A DNA stretch of 32,106 bases from Pirellulales bacterium (GCA_040397625.1 JBBAVQ010000001.1:1-32106); one strand, 5' to 3'. Positions 16,438-26,462 are shown, numbered from the stretch's first letter. The notes: generated by a model not told the origin, from the sequence alone. Made by a program: numbers and translations.

Positions 16438-17754
16438 TCAGGCCGGGTGCACAAAGGCAGGTTCGGGCACCCAGCCGTCGGGGATCACGGCGTCCTTCGG
16501 GACCACGGCCACCCCGTCGCGGATCGTGAACCGCTCATCGTCGGCCGTATCGACCCAGCCGTGCTCATTGACGATCCGCACGCGGCGGCCAATGCGCACG
16601 TTCTTGTCGATGATCGCCCCGGCGACGATGGTGTCGTCGCCGATGCCCAGTGGCGGCAGGCCACGGGCCACGTCGTCGGCCAGGCCGTGCTCGCTCTCGT
16701 AGTAGTCGTTGCCCAGGATCACGGAGTCGCGGATCACGACATTGCGGCCGATCCGGCATCGCAGCCCGATCACACTGTTTTCAATCACGGCCCCCGACTC
16801 GATCACGCAGCCGTCAGACACCAGGCTGTTGCGGATGCTCGCCCCGCCGAGCCGCGACGGCGGCAGGAACCGGCCGCGGGAGTAGATCGGCGCTTCGGCG
16901 TTGACGAGGTCGAACGGCGGCGACGTCCCAGCAAGTTCGCGATTGCACTGAAAGTAGGAGCGAATCGTCCCGATGTCCTCCCAGTAGCCGTCGAAGGCGT
17001 GAAGTTGCACGTGCTTTGCCCTGATCGCCGCCGGAAACACCTCCTTGCCGAAGTCGCGGTAGTCGGTTTTCGTGAGCAGATCGAGCAGGCAGTCGCGGTC
17101 GAAGAGATAGATGCCCATGCTCGCCATCAGCGAGCGGCCGTGCGCGGCGATCCCCTGAGCCTCGATCCAGGCCGGATCAGTCCGCATCATCTCGAGCTCC
17201 TTCGCCGTTTGTGGCTTCTCGAGAAAGCCTTCCACCCGGCCCTCGCCGTCGAGCCGCATGATGCCGAGTGCCGAGGCGGCCTCGTCCTTGACGGGGATGC
17301 CGGCAATCGTGACGTCGGCCTTGTGGGTCAGATGCGTGGCGAGCATGTCGGCGTAGTTCATCCGGTAGAGCTGGTCGCCGGAGAGAATCAACACGTGCTT
17401 GATGTCGGGCTGCTGCAGGTAGCGGATGTTCTGCCGGACCGCGTCGGCCGTGCCCTGGTACCAGCCGGAGTTGTCGAGTGTCTGCTGCGCCGCAAGGATC
17501 TCCACGAACCCGCCGCTGAATGGGTCGAACGTGTAGGTGCGGCGGATGTGCCGATGGAGGCTCACCGAGTTGAACTGGGTGAGCACGTAGATCCGCTGCA
17601 CGCCGCTGTTGATGCAGTTCGAGAGCGGTACGTCGATGATCCGGTATTTGCCTGCCAGCGGCACCGCGGGTTTGGAGCGGTCACGGGTGAGCGGATAGAG
17701 CCGCGTGCCGCGACCGCCGCCGAGAACCAGGGCCAGAACTCGCTTCACCGACAT
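16438..17754 (-). CDS. glgC: glucose-1-phosphate adenylyltransferase
   Basis: LVLGGGRGTRLYPLTRDRSKPAVPLAGKYRIIDVPLSNCINSG; WYQGTADAV; ILSGDQLYRMNY; a left-handed beta-helix style C-terminus. GAGGAG lies 8 nt upstream of the ATG. Confidence 0.95.
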   Translation of the reverse strand: MSVKRVLALVLGGGRGTRLYPLTRDRSKPAVPLAGKYRIIDVPLSNCINSGVQRIYVLTQFNSVSLHRHIRRTYTFDPFSGGFVEILAAQQTLDNSGWYQGTADAVRQNIRYLQQPDIKHVLILSGDQLYRMNYADMLATHLTHKADVTIAGIPVKDEAASALGIMRLDGEGRVEGFLEKPQTAKELEMMRTDPAWIEAQGIAAHGRSLMASMGIYLFDRDCLLDLLTKTDYRDFGKEVFPAAIRAKHVQLHAFDGYWEDIGTIRSYFQCNRELAGTSPPFDLVNAEAPIYSRGRFLPPSRLGGASIRNSLVSDGCVIESGAVIENSVIGLRCRIGRNVVIRDSVILGNDYYESEHGLADDVARGLPPLGIGDDTIVAGAIIDKNVRIGRRVRIVNEHGWVDTADDERFTIRDGVAVVPKDAVIPDGWVPEPAFVHPA

Positions 17755-18006
17755 GGATCGCTCCTCAGGGAGCCCGCCGCCTCACGGGCGTCACCATGCT
17801 ACGGGAACCAGCCATGCCACAGAAAGACGATTCCGCGCTCGGCGTAAGGCGTCCGGAAACAGGCGGTGCGATGCCACCGAGCGAAAGCCGGCGGCTGGAC
17901 GGGACGAGTCGGCTCGCCAACGGCAGGATAGCCGACGCTCGCCATCCTCGCCCCGATCCCGCCGCCTCCCTGGCAGCCCCGAGGCCTGGGGCCGCGACAC
18001 GCGTGG

Positions 18007-20799
18007 TCAGCCCTTGACCACGAAGTTCACGAGTCGGCCGGGGACGGCGACCACCTTCATGATTTCCTTGCCGGCGAGCTGTTCGGCGATCTTTGGGTCA
18101 GCGAGGGCCGCAGCCTTGGTCGCCTCGGCGTCGGCGTCGGCCGCCACCACCACGCGGCCCCGGAGCTTGCCCTGGATCTGCACCGGGATCTCGACCGTGT
18201 CGTCCTTGAGCCACCGCTCCTCGGCCACCGGCCAGGTCGCGAGCGAGACCGGCGCCGGCTTGCCGAGCAGTTCCCAGAGTTCCTCGGCGAGGTGAGGGGC
18301 GAAGGGGGCGAGGATCGTCACGAAGGGCTCGAGGATCGCCCTGGGCCGCCGCTCCAGCGGTGTGCAGAAGTTGACGAACTCCATCATCCGTGCGATTGCC
18401 GTGTTGAACGACAGCGATTGGATGTCGCGGGTCACCTTGTCAATCGTGCGGTGGATCTCGCGAAGCTGTTCGTCGGTCGGCGGATCGTCGCAGACCTGCG
18501 GCGTCAAAGCGATCTCGTCGGCCCGCTCGTCGACCACGAGCCGCCAGCAGCGGTCGAGGAAGCCGCGGACGCCGCTCACGCCGGCCGTGCTCCAGGGCTT
18601 CGTGGCCTCCAGCGGTCCCATGAACATCTCGTAGAGCCGCAGCGAGTCGGCACCGAAGTCGCGGACCACCTGGTCGGGGTTTACCACGTTGCCTCGGCTC
18701 TTCGACATCTTGTAGGCCCGGCTCTCGACACGGATCTTCGGCGCGTCGCGGAGCACGAAGTGCTCGCCCTGCTTCTCGACCTGATCGGCGGGCACCTTTG
18801 CCGGGACATCCTCCGTGGCCCGCTTCTCGGCCGACACCCAGCCCCCCTTGGTGCTGCGGTAGCCCGTGAACTCCATCTCGCCGAGGATCATTCCCTGGTT
18901 CACGAGTCTGCCGAACGGCTCCGGGTGGGAGACGTGGCCGCGGTCATAGAGCACCTTGTGCCAGAATCGCGAGTAAAGGAGGTGGAGCACCGCGTGCTCG
19001 GCGCCGCCGATGTAGAGATCGACAGGCATCCAGGCCTTTTCGAGGTCGGGATCGATGAACCGTGACGTGTTTCGCGGATCGATGAACCGCAGGTAGTACC
19101 AGCATGAGCCGGCCCACTGCGGCATCGTGTTGGTCTCCCGCTTGTAGCGCTTGCCGTCGCGTTCGACGAAGAGCCAGTCGGCAGGGGACCGCGAGAGCGG
19201 CGGATCGGGCGTGTCGCCCGGCTTGAAGTCGGTGAGGTGGGGGAGATTCACCGGGAGTTCCGCCGGATCGACGGCTCGGATCGCGCCGGTCAGGTTTCCC
19301 TGGACATCGAGCTCGTGCAGGATCGGAAACGGCTCGCCCCAGAACCGCTGGCGGCTGAAGAGCCAGTCGCGGAGTTTGTAGTTGACCGCCGGCCGGCCGA
19401 GCCCGGCCGCTTCGAGGTCGCCGCCGACCCGCTCGAGGAACTCGCCGGTGGCGAGACCCGTGTACGGCCCCGAGTTCACGGCCCGGCCCTCGCCGGCGAA
19501 GAGTTCGCCCGGGGTCGCCCCGCCATCCGGCGGCTCGACGACCGTGATCACATCGAGGCCGAAGGTCTTCGCAAACGCGAAGTCGCGGTCGTCGTGGGCC
19601 GGCACCGCCATGATGGCGCCGGTGCCGTAGGTGGCCAGAACATAGTCGGCCACCCAGACCGGCACGGGCCTGCCGGTGAGCGGGTGGATCACGTGCGAGC
19701 CGGTGAACACGCCCGTCTTCTCGCGGGCCAGATCGGTGCGGTCGAGGTCGCTCTTGCGGGCGGCCACTTCTCGATAGGCGGCGATCGCCTCCCGCTGCTC
19801 CGGGGCGGCGAGGACATCGAGCAGCGGATGCTCCGGAGCCACGACCATGTAGGTCACGCCGTAGAGCGTGTCGGGGCGGGTGGTGTAGATCCGCAGGACG
19901 TCGTCGCCGGGCTTGTCGGGATAGCCCGCCGCCGCCCGCGACTGCTTCCAGGCGTCGTAGGCCCTGGCTGTGTCGGTACGGTGCGGGATCAGGAAATCGA
20001 CTTCGGCGCCCGTGCTCCGGCCGATCCAGTCGCACTGCAGTTTCTTGATGCTCGCGGGCCAGTCGAGCCCCTCGAGTTCGCGTTCCAGGCGGTCGGCGTA
20101 GGCGGTGATCCGCAGCATCCATTGCCGCAGCGGAATCCGAACCACGGGGTGCCCTCCCCGCTCGCTCACGCCGCCGATCACCTCCTCGTTGGCCAGCACC
20201 GTGCCAAGTGCCGGGCACCAGTTCACCGGAGCCTCCGACTGGTAGGCGAGCCGGTGGGCGTCGCGGTATTTCGCGACCGCGGCCTCGCCGTTCGCGACGA
20301 CGTCGCCCGGGATCGGGAGTTCGGCGATCGGGCGGCCCTTCTGGACAACCGGATCGAACCAGGTGTCGAACAGGACCAGGAAGATCCACTGGGTCCAGCG
20401 GACATACTCCGGGTCGGTGGTTGCCAGCGCGCGGTCCCAGTCGTAGCTGAAGCCGAGCATCTTCAGCTGTCGCGTGAATGTCGCGATGTTCTTTTCGGTG
20501 CTCTCCCGCGGCGGCGTGCCCGTGCGGATTGCATGCTCCTCGGCGGGAAGGCCGAAGGCATCGAAGCCCATGGGGTGCATCACGCTTGTGCCCCGCATCC
20601 GCTCGAACCGCGACACAATGTCGGTGGCCGTGTAGCCCTCCGGATGGCCGACGTGCAGGCCGTCGCCGCTCGGGTACGGGAACATATCAAGGACGTACCG
20701 CTTGCGATCCGACGGAAGGCGGGGCGTGGCGAACGTACCGTTCGCATGCCACCACTCCTGCCATTTGGGCTCGATCCGCGACGGCTGGTAACGGGGCAT
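18007..20799 (-). CDS. leuS: leucine--tRNA ligase
   Basis: [18 protein letters not shown]-terminus, HVGHPEGY (HIGH), CP1 editing domain ([19 protein letters not shown]), [11 protein letters not shown] 20799 was chosen; the track start 20880 adds 27 non-conserved residues. Confidence 0.95.
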   Translation of the reverse strand: MPRYQPSRIEPKWQEWWHANGTFATPRLPSDRKRYVLDMFPYPSGDGLHVGHPEGYTATDIVSRFERMRGTSVMHPMGFDAFGLPAEEHAIRTGTPPRESTEKNIATFTRQLKMLGFSYDWDRALATTDPEYVRWTQWIFLVLFDTWFDPVVQKGRPIAELPIPGDVVANGEAAVAKYRDAHRLAYQSEAPVNWCPALGTVLANEEVIGGVSERGGHPVVRIPLRQWMLRITAYADRLERELEGLDWPASIKKLQCDWIGRSTGAEVDFLIPHRTDTARAYDAWKQSRAAAGYPDKPGDDVLRIYTTRPDTLYGVTYMVVAPEHPLLDVLAAPEQREAIAAYREVAARKSDLDRTDLAREKTGVFTGSHVIHPLTGRPVPVWVADYVLATYGTGAIMAVPAHDDRDFAFAKTFGLDVITVVEPPDGGATPGELFAGEGRAVNSGPYTGLATGEFLERVGGDLEAAGLGRPAVNYKLRDWLFSRQRFWGEPFPILHELDVQGNLTGAIRAVDPAELPVNLPHLTDFKPGDTPDPPLSRSPADWLFVERDGKRYKRETNTMPQWAGSCWYYLRFIDPRNTSRFIDPDLEKAWMPVDLYIGGAEHAVLHLLYSRFWHKVLYDRGHVSHPEPFGRLVNQGMILGEMEFTGYRSTKGGWVSAEKRATEDVPAKVPADQVEKQGEHFVLRDAPKIRVESRAYKMSKSRGNVVNPDQVVRDFGADSLRLYEMFMGPLEATKPWSTAGVSGVRGFLDRCWRLVVDERADEIALTPQVCDDPPTDEQLREIHRTIDKVTRDIQSLSFNTAIARMMEFVNFCTPLERRPRAILEPFVTILAPFAPHLAEELWELLGKPAPVSLATWPVAEERWLKDDTVEIPVQIQGKLRGRVVVAADADAEATKAAALADPKIAEQLAGKEIMKVVAVPGRLVNFVVKG

Positions 20800-20990
20800 C
20801 CTGCGCTCGTGTCTGGAGGGAGCGTCGGCGAGCGGGAGGCCGCCGCCCGGCCTCGGCGGGATGCCGAAACTGGGCGGCATCCACGGGGTTTTTGGCTAGT
20901 CGTGCCGACGTGCCGCGATTCTAATGGCCAGCGTCGCCGGGGCAACGAACCCCGGTCATTCCCCCGATTCCCAGCCGACTGCGAGCGATC

Positions 20991-22610
20991 ATGGCAGGCA
21001 CCGATCCGACTGCAGCCCCCCTCGTGCTCCAGCGTCTGATGCTGCGGGCCTGCCGGAGTGCCGGAAGCCGGATGAAGGTCGCCGATTCCCTCGGCACGCG
21101 GATGAGCGGTCATGAGCTCCTGCTGGCCATGTTCGTCGTCAAGCGGGTGCTCGACCGTGTCTTGGCTGCGGATGAGAGACGGGTCGGGGTGATGCTGCCA
21201 CCGACGGTCGGGGCCGCCGTGGTCAATGCGGCGTTGGCTTTGTCGGGGCGCGTGGCCGTCAATCTCAACTACACCTCCAGCCAGTCGATTCTCGACGTCT
21301 GCATCGAACGGGCGGGCCTGCGGCATGTGATCTCGAGCCCCGCCTTCCTGACACGCGTGAAACTCGATCTCGGTGCCAGACTGCTCGATGCGGGGACGCT
21401 GCGAAAAAAGGCGACGGCATTCGACAAGGGGATCGGCTTTGTTCAGGCCCGGCTGATGCCGCTCGGCATGCTCGAGTCGGCATTCGGCCTGGAGCGGATT
21501 CGGCCAGATGATCCGCTCACGATCATCTTCACCTCAGGTTCCACGGGTGATCCCAAGGGCGTCGTGCTCTCGCAGGACAACGTCGGCTCGAACGTGCGGG
21601 CGATCGATCACCTGCTCCATCTTTCGCCGAGCGACGTGGCCCTCGGCGTGCTGCCGTTCTTTCACTCGTATGGCTACACCACCACGCTCTGGACGCCGCT
21701 GACGCTCGATCCCGCCGTCGTGTACCACACCGACCCACGGGATGCGCAGGTGGTGGGCCGCCTCGCCCGCGAGCATCACGCCACCCTCCTGATGGCCACC
21801 CCGACGTTTCTGAGAATCTATGCCCGGCGGACGCCTGCCGAAGACTTCTCGTCGCTGGAGTGCGTGTTCGGCGCCGCGGAGAAGCTCCCCAAGGACGTCT
21901 GCGACGCCTTCGAGAAGAAGTTCGGCGCCCGTCCCAGCGAGGCATATGGTGCGACCGAACTGTCGCCGCTCGTCGCCGCCAACGTCCCCGCATCACGCCA
22001 TGTGCCTGGCCGGCCCGTTGACGCCCGGGAGGGAACGGTCGGCAAGCCGATCCTCGGCTGCCGGGCCCGGATCACGGACCGTGAGGGGGGGCACGAAGTC
22101 CCGGTCGGCCGGGATGGCCTGCTCTGGGTGGCGGGGCCGAACGTGATGCAGGGCTATCTCGACCGTCCCGACCTCACCGCGAAGGTGGTGAAAGACGGCT
22201 GGTACTGCACGGGTGACATCGCCCGGCTCGATACCGAAGGCTTCATCACCATCACCGGCCGCGAGAGCCGGTTCTCGAAGATCGGCGGCGAGATGGTGCC
22301 GCACATTTCCGTCGAGGAGGTGATCAATGAGGAACTTGGCGCCGCCGACGGTGAACTGCTCGCCGTGGTGACGGCGGTTCCCGATCGCGCGAAGGGAGAG
22401 CGGCTGGTGGTGTTCCACACGCCGACGGCTCGCGACCCGAAAGACGTGGTGCGTCGCCTCCAGGAGCGAGGCCTACCAAACCTCTGGATTCCCGGGGTCG
22501 ACGCCTTCGCCGAAATCCAGGAGTTGCCGATGCTCGGGTCGGGCAAACTCGATCTTCGGCACCTCTCCGAGATGGCCCGGGAACGGTTCGCCGAGGCTCG
22601 TGACGCGTGA
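20991..22610 (+). CDS. AMP-dependent acyl-CoA / acyl-ACP synthetase (Aas-type adenylation domain)
   Basis: IIFTSGSTGDPKGVVLS, EAYGATELSP, TGDIARLDTEGFITITGRESRFSKIGGEMV, and a C-terminal SGKLD lysine motif. Confidence 0.88.
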   Translation: MAGTDPTAAPLVLQRLMLRACRSAGSRMKVADSLGTRMSGHELLLAMFVVKRVLDRVLAADERRVGVMLPPTVGAAVVNAALALSGRVAVNLNYTSSQSILDVCIERAGLRHVISSPAFLTRVKLDLGARLLDAGTLRKKATAFDKGIGFVQARLMPLGMLESAFGLERIRPDDPLTIIFTSGSTGDPKGVVLSQDNVGSNVRAIDHLLHLSPSDVALGVLPFFHSYGYTTTLWTPLTLDPAVVYHTDPRDAQVVGRLAREHHATLLMATPTFLRIYARRTPAEDFSSLECVFGAAEKLPKDVCDAFEKKFGARPSEAYGATELSPLVAANVPASRHVPGRPVDAREGTVGKPILGCRARITDREGGHEVPVGRDGLLWVAGPNVMQGYLDRPDLTAKVVKDGWYCTGDIARLDTEGFITITGRESRFSKIGGEMVPHISVEEVINEELGAADGELLAVVTAVPDRAKGERLVVFHTPTARDPKDVVRRLQERGLPNLWIPGVDAFAEIQELPMLGSGKLDLRHLSEMARERFAEARDA

Positions 22611-23524
22611 CGACCCTGCCTGAGATCATCGTCACGCTGGGGCCCTGCGATGACATGCGGGCAGAGGTCTTCGTGCGGCTGGCGGGTGACGTGCCGGCTG
22701 GTTCCCGGATCGTGGGCTCGGTCACCGGACCACGTCGCGGCCGCGACACCACGCTTCCCGTAACGTCGCGGCTCATCCCCTTGGCTGAGGCAGCCGCCGC
22801 GGGGCCGGCATCGCGGGCGATCCTCACCGAACCAGCTTTTTGGACCCCTGATCTCCCGAACCTCTATCGGGTCGAGGCGAGTCTCGATCCGCAGGGGTCT
22901 GACTCGTGGGCCGCCGATACCTGGATAGGCCTGCGACGGCTTGGCGTCCGCGGCCGCTCGTTCTGGTTGGATGGCCGACGCTGGGTTCCGCGGGTGGTCG
23001 TGGGGCCGGGCGACCTCGTCGCGGCGAAGGCGGCGGCGATCGGACTCGCGGCCGAATCGCCCGCTGACGAACTGCTCTCGCGGGCGGACGAAACGGGTGT
23101 GGCCGTGGTGCCGCTGCTCGACGGTGGCAGTCTGACTCCGGCGGGGATCGCCGCATGGGCCCGCCATCCGTCGGCCATGCTCGCGGTGATCACGGCTGGT
23201 GGTGCGACGGCCGACGTGGCGGATCGTCTTGCCGCTGTCCGGGGCGCGAAAGACACACTCTTGATCGGGGTGACCGTCGACGGCACGCGTCCGCCGCCGG
23301 TCGGTCCAGCAGGCGGGGATTTTCTCGTGGTGATGCTGCCGGCCGAAGGGCTGCCGCACGCCGGTTGGAGGGCTGCCTCGGTGCAGCCTCTGGTTGCCTG
23401 GCGGCAGGCTGCAGACAAGGCGTCACCCCGGGCGTCGTGCGACGCGCTCCAGCGCGATCTCGCCCTCTGGGGCCTTGGCGGCGGCGCGCCGTCGTGGGAC
23501 TGGGCGGGCTACCTGGTGGGGTAG
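22607..23524 (+). CDS. hypothetical protein, glycoside-hydrolase-family-2-like remnant
   Basis: The GTG start overlaps the upstream stop (GTGA). EPAFWTPDLPNLYRVEASL......IGLRRLGVRGRSFWLDGRRW mirrors the GH2 P.LWSPE.PNLY...GFR...f.lNG junction. ADETGVAVV and ARHPSAMLAVITAGG mirror the GH2 CD..G..V and NHPS..W..GNE segments, but without the NE. Confidence 0.55.
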   Translation: MTTLPEIIVTLGPCDDMRAEVFVRLAGDVPAGSRIVGSVTGPRRGRDTTLPVTSRLIPLAEAAAAGPASRAILTEPAFWTPDLPNLYRVEASLDPQGSDSWAADTWIGLRRLGVRGRSFWLDGRRWVPRVVVGPGDLVAAKAAAIGLAAESPADELLSRADETGVAVVPLLDGGSLTPAGIAAWARHPSAMLAVITAGGATADVADRLAAVRGAKDTLLIGVTVDGTRPPPVGPAGGDFLVVMLPAEGLPHAGWRAASVQPLVAWRQAADKASPRASCDALQRDLALWGLGGGAPSWDWAGYLVG

Positions 23525-23550
23525 CAGGAGGGACGGGCTACACTGCCTTC

Positions 23551-24582
23551 ATGTCCTCCTATGATGCCGATCGCTATTCCCGTCAGACCCGCTTCGCACC
23601 GCTGGGGCCCGACGGCCAGGAACGGCTTGCGGCCGCACGTGTCGCGGTGGTCGGCTGTGGCGCCCTGGGCAGCGTGGTCGCGATGGCGCTCGCCCGCGCA
23701 GGGGTCGGTTTCCTGCGGCTCATCGACCGTGACCTGCCCGAGCGCTCGAACCTGCCCCGGCAGCTGCTTTTCGACGAGGCTGACGTGGCGGCAGGGCTCC
23801 CCAAGGCCGTCGCCGCTGCGAGCCGCCTGGCCCGGATCAACTCGACGGTGACCATCGAACCCGTCGTCGTCGATCTCACGGCCGCGAACGCGACGGAATT
23901 ACTCTCCGGCGTCGATGTGATCGTTGATGGCACCGACAACTTCGAGGCTCGGTTTCTCGTCAACGAGGTCGCCTGCCGGCATCGCATCCCGTGGGTTCAC
24001 GGCGGGGCGATCGGCGCCGAAGGACGAGTGCTTGCGATCATACCGGGGCAGACCGCCTGCCTGCGGTGCCTGATCCCCGATCCACCCGCGCCGGGATCGC
24101 TTCCGACCTGCGAGACCGCCGGCATCATTGGGCCAGCGGCCCTCGTGGTGGGCGCGGTCGAGGCGGCGGAGGCGATCAAACTGCTCGTCGGCTCTCACGG
24201 CACCGTCGGCCGCATGCTCGTCTGCGACCTCTGGGCCAGCGTGTGGCGGACGGTCGATCTCTCCCCCCTGGCGGCGACTGGCTGCCCGACCTGCCGAAGT
24301 GCCGACGCTCCGTGGCTCGACGGGCGGCTCGGTGGGCGGCCGACGCCACTCTGCGGACGCGATGCGGTGCAGGTGCCGGCGGTCGGCGGCGGTGTCGATC
24401 TCGCGGCCTTGGCCGAGCGGCTCGCGACCGTGGGTGCCGTCGTGGCCAACCGCTGGATCGTGCGGGCCGACGTCGAAGAGGGCATCCAGCTCTCGGTCTT
24501 TGCCGACGGCCGGGCCATCGTGTCGGGCACTCGCGACGAGGCGAGGGCCCGCGGCATCGTGTCACGGTATCTCGGTGCGTAA
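23551..24582 (+). CDS. ThiF/MoeB/HesA-family adenylyltransferase (E1-like)
   Basis: DRYSRQ, VAVVGCGALGS nucleotide loop, RLIDRDLPERSNLPRQ, DGTDNFEARF, zinc CxxC pairs (CLRC and CPTC), and a Bacillus-ThiF-like C-terminal domain (FADGRAIVSGTRDEARARGIVSRYLG). ATG 23551 follows AGGAGG; the track start 23155 overlaps the upstream gene in another frame. Confidence 0.88.
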   Translation: MSSYDADRYSRQTRFAPLGPDGQERLAAARVAVVGCGALGSVVAMALARAGVGFLRLIDRDLPERSNLPRQLLFDEADVAAGLPKAVAAASRLARINSTVTIEPVVVDLTAANATELLSGVDVIVDGTDNFEARFLVNEVACRHRIPWVHGGAIGAEGRVLAIIPGQTACLRCLIPDPPAPGSLPTCETAGIIGPAALVVGAVEAAEAIKLLVGSHGTVGRMLVCDLWASVWRTVDLSPLAATGCPTCRSADAPWLDGRLGGRPTPLCGRDAVQVPAVGGGVDLAALAERLATVGAVVANRWIVRADVEEGIQLSVFADGRAIVSGTRDEARARGIVSRYLGA

Positions 24583-24652
24583 CGGGCACGACCGGGAGCA
24601 TTCAAGAGTTGATGCCGGTCCGAGGGAGAGTCGGGGCACGAGTGGCAGATGT

Positions 24653-24823
24653 GATACGGCTCCCACTTGATCCTCGCGCTCGAGTGCATGGCAGGCGAAA
24701 GCCGACCGGCCGTAAGGCCGCGGGCCAATCACGCTGGACGCCGCGTCGTGTCGTGGTTCGCCCCACGCCTCACGGCGTTGGGCTTCGACGGCGGCCGCGC
24801 GAGGATCACGTGTGAACCGTATG
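24653..24823. repeat. interspersed repeat, copy B: 171-bp MITE-like unit with 26-bp imperfect terminal inverted repeats
   Basis: The left arm gatacggctcccacttgatcctcgcg (24653-24678) matches the reverse complement of the right arm cgcgaggatcacgtgtgaaccgtatg (24798-24823) at 22 of 26 positions. The internal core is nearly identical to 15506-15616. It lies between convergent genes. Confidence 0.7.
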
Positions 24824-24935
24824 AGGCCGCGGGTGAACCATCCTGGACGCTTGGCTTGTTGCGGGCTCGCTCCACGGCTCACGGTGTTGGGCGAGTACGA
24901 ACGCTCGCGTTGGAATCACGTATGATTCGCTGGGC

Positions 24936-26462
24936 TCAGGAGCGTGCGTGGTTCGTCGCCCCCGTCGCAGCTTCCATGATCTTCTGCTCGGTGGCGGTAG
25001 CGCGGGGGAACTCGCCTGTGAGGCGTCCCTCGGAGAGCACGAGGATGCGGTCGGCGAGGGCCAGCAGTTCGGGAAGTTCGCTCGACGTGAGGATCACCGC
25101 GAGGCCTTCACGGCAGAGCCGGTCGATGAGGGCGTAGAGTTCGGCCTTGGCTCCCACGTCGATGCCGCGGGTGGGATCATCGAGCAGGAGGACTCGCGGC
25201 TTCACGAGCAGCCAGCGGCCGATGATGCACTTCTGCTGATTGCCGCCGGAGAGGCCCGTGATCGCCGCGTGCGGCCCCGGCGTCTTCACGCCCGTCTCGC
25301 GGAGCGGAGCCGCGACGAGCGCCTCCTCGCGGCTGCGGGACAGGAGGCCGCCTCGCACCGCCTCGCTCAGGCTGCAGAGGCTCACGTTGGCGGCCACGTC
25401 GAGGTCGGGAAACAGGCCGAGCCGCTTTCGGTCCTCCGTCACCATCGCGATGCCGGCGGCACAGGCTTCGGCGGGATGGCTGAATCGGACGCTGCGGCCG
25501 TCGAGGAGAATCTCGCCCGTCCAGATCGGCTCCGTGGCGCCGAAGATCGTCTCGAGCAGCTCCGTGCGGCCGGCTCCCATCAGGCCGGCGACGCCCACGA
25601 TCTCGCCGGCGCGAAGCTCGAACGACACGTCCTTGAGGCGGTAGCCGCGGGGATGATCGGGCCAAGGAAGCGTGAGGTCGCGAATCTCGAGCACCGTCGG
25701 GCCGGGTGACCGCGCGCCATGAAACTCGTGGCCAGCGATGTCGCGACCGACCATCCAGCCGGTGACCTCGCGGGGCGTGGTGGCGGAGCGGTCGACCGTG
25801 GTCACCACCCGGCCGTCCCGTAGCACCGTAATCCTGTCGGCGAGGCGAAACACTTCGTCCATCTTGTGCGAGATGTAGAGGATCGTGACGCCGCGGGCCC
25901 GCAGCCGGGCGATCACGCGGTCGAGCCGGGCAACCTCGGCATCGGTGAGGGCGCTGGTCGGCTCGTCCATGATGAGGACGTCGCTGGCGAGCGACACCGC
26001 CTTGGCGATCTCCAGAAGCTGTTGGTCGCCCACCCGCAGACTGCCGGCTGGTGTTCGGGGATCGACCGGGCACTCGAGCTCGGCGAGCAGCTTCGCCGCC
26101 TCCCGTTCCATCGCGGCGTCGTCGAGCAGGCCCACGGCTGTCCGCCGCTCGCGGCCGAGGAAGATGTTGGCGGCAGCGGAGAGCTGTTCCACCAGATTGA
26201 GTTCCTGATGGATGATTGCGATCCCGGCGGCTTCGGCCTCACGGGTGCCGCGGAATCGCACCGGCTCGCCCCGCACGAGGATCTCGCCCACGTAGTCCCC
26301 GATCACGCCGGAGAGCAGCTTCATGAGCGTGCTCTTTCCGGCGCCGTTCTCGCCGCAGAGAGCATGGCACTCCCCCGGTGTCAGGTCGAACGACACTCCG
26401 TCGAGGGCCACGACACCCGGAAAGGTCTTGCCCACCCCGCGGAAAGCGACGATGGCCGTCAT
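24936..26462 (-). CDS. sugar ABC transporter ATP-binding protein (duplicated ABC domains, RbsA/MglA-like)
   Basis: GENGAGKST, LRVGDQQLLEIAKA and LIMDEPTS in the first domain; GLMGAGRTE, LSGGNQQK and LLLDDPTRGIDV in the second. The ATG overlaps the permease stop (ATGA at 26459-26462). Confidence 0.93.
   Translation of the reverse strand: MTAIVAFRGVGKTFPGVVALDGVSFDLTPGECHALCGENGAGKSTLMKLLSGVIGDYVGEILVRGEPVRFRGTREAEAAGIAIIHQELNLVEQLSAAANIFLGRERRTAVGLLDDAAMEREAAKLLAELECPVDPRTPAGSLRVGDQQLLEIAKAVSLASDVLIMDEPTSALTDAEVARLDRVIARLRARGVTILYISHKMDEVFRLADRITVLRDGRVVTTVDRSATTPREVTGWMVGRDIAGHEFHGARSPGPTVLEIRDLTLPWPDHPRGYRLKDVSFELRAGEIVGVAGLMGAGRTELLETIFGATEPIWTGEILLDGRSVRFSHPAEACAAGIAMVTEDRKRLGLFPDLDVAANVSLCSLSEAVRGGLLSRSREEALVAAPLRETGVKTPGPHAAITGLSGGNQQKCIIGRWLLVKPRVLLLDDPTRGIDVGAKAELYALIDRLCREGLAVILTSSELPELLALADRILVLSEGRLTGEFPRATATEQKIMEAATGATNHARS

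Noticed and set aside
16411-17847. 478-aa plus-strand ORF antisense to glgC
   Set aside because: GlgC motifs are unambiguous on the minus strand, and the TTG-initiated antisense frame has no motifs.
19237-21039. 600-aa plus-strand ORF antisense to leuS (also 18292..19065 and 18944..20389)
   Set aside because: The LeuRS HIGH, KMSKS and CP1 motifs define the real frame. The alternatives are low-complexity Arg/Gly/Pro sequences.
23155-23550. Long N-terminal extensions offered by the ORF track for several genes: ThiF from 23155, binding protein to 29013, LeuRS to 20880, sdhC from 8950, sdhB from 11810, DUF1207-like from 29505, tsaD from 30813, TPR from 3169
   Set aside because: The extensions are Arg/Gly/Pro-rich, overlap neighbouring genes or intergenic repeats, and precede internal starts. 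Those internal starts have an RBS, a signal peptide or a homolog-like N-terminus.
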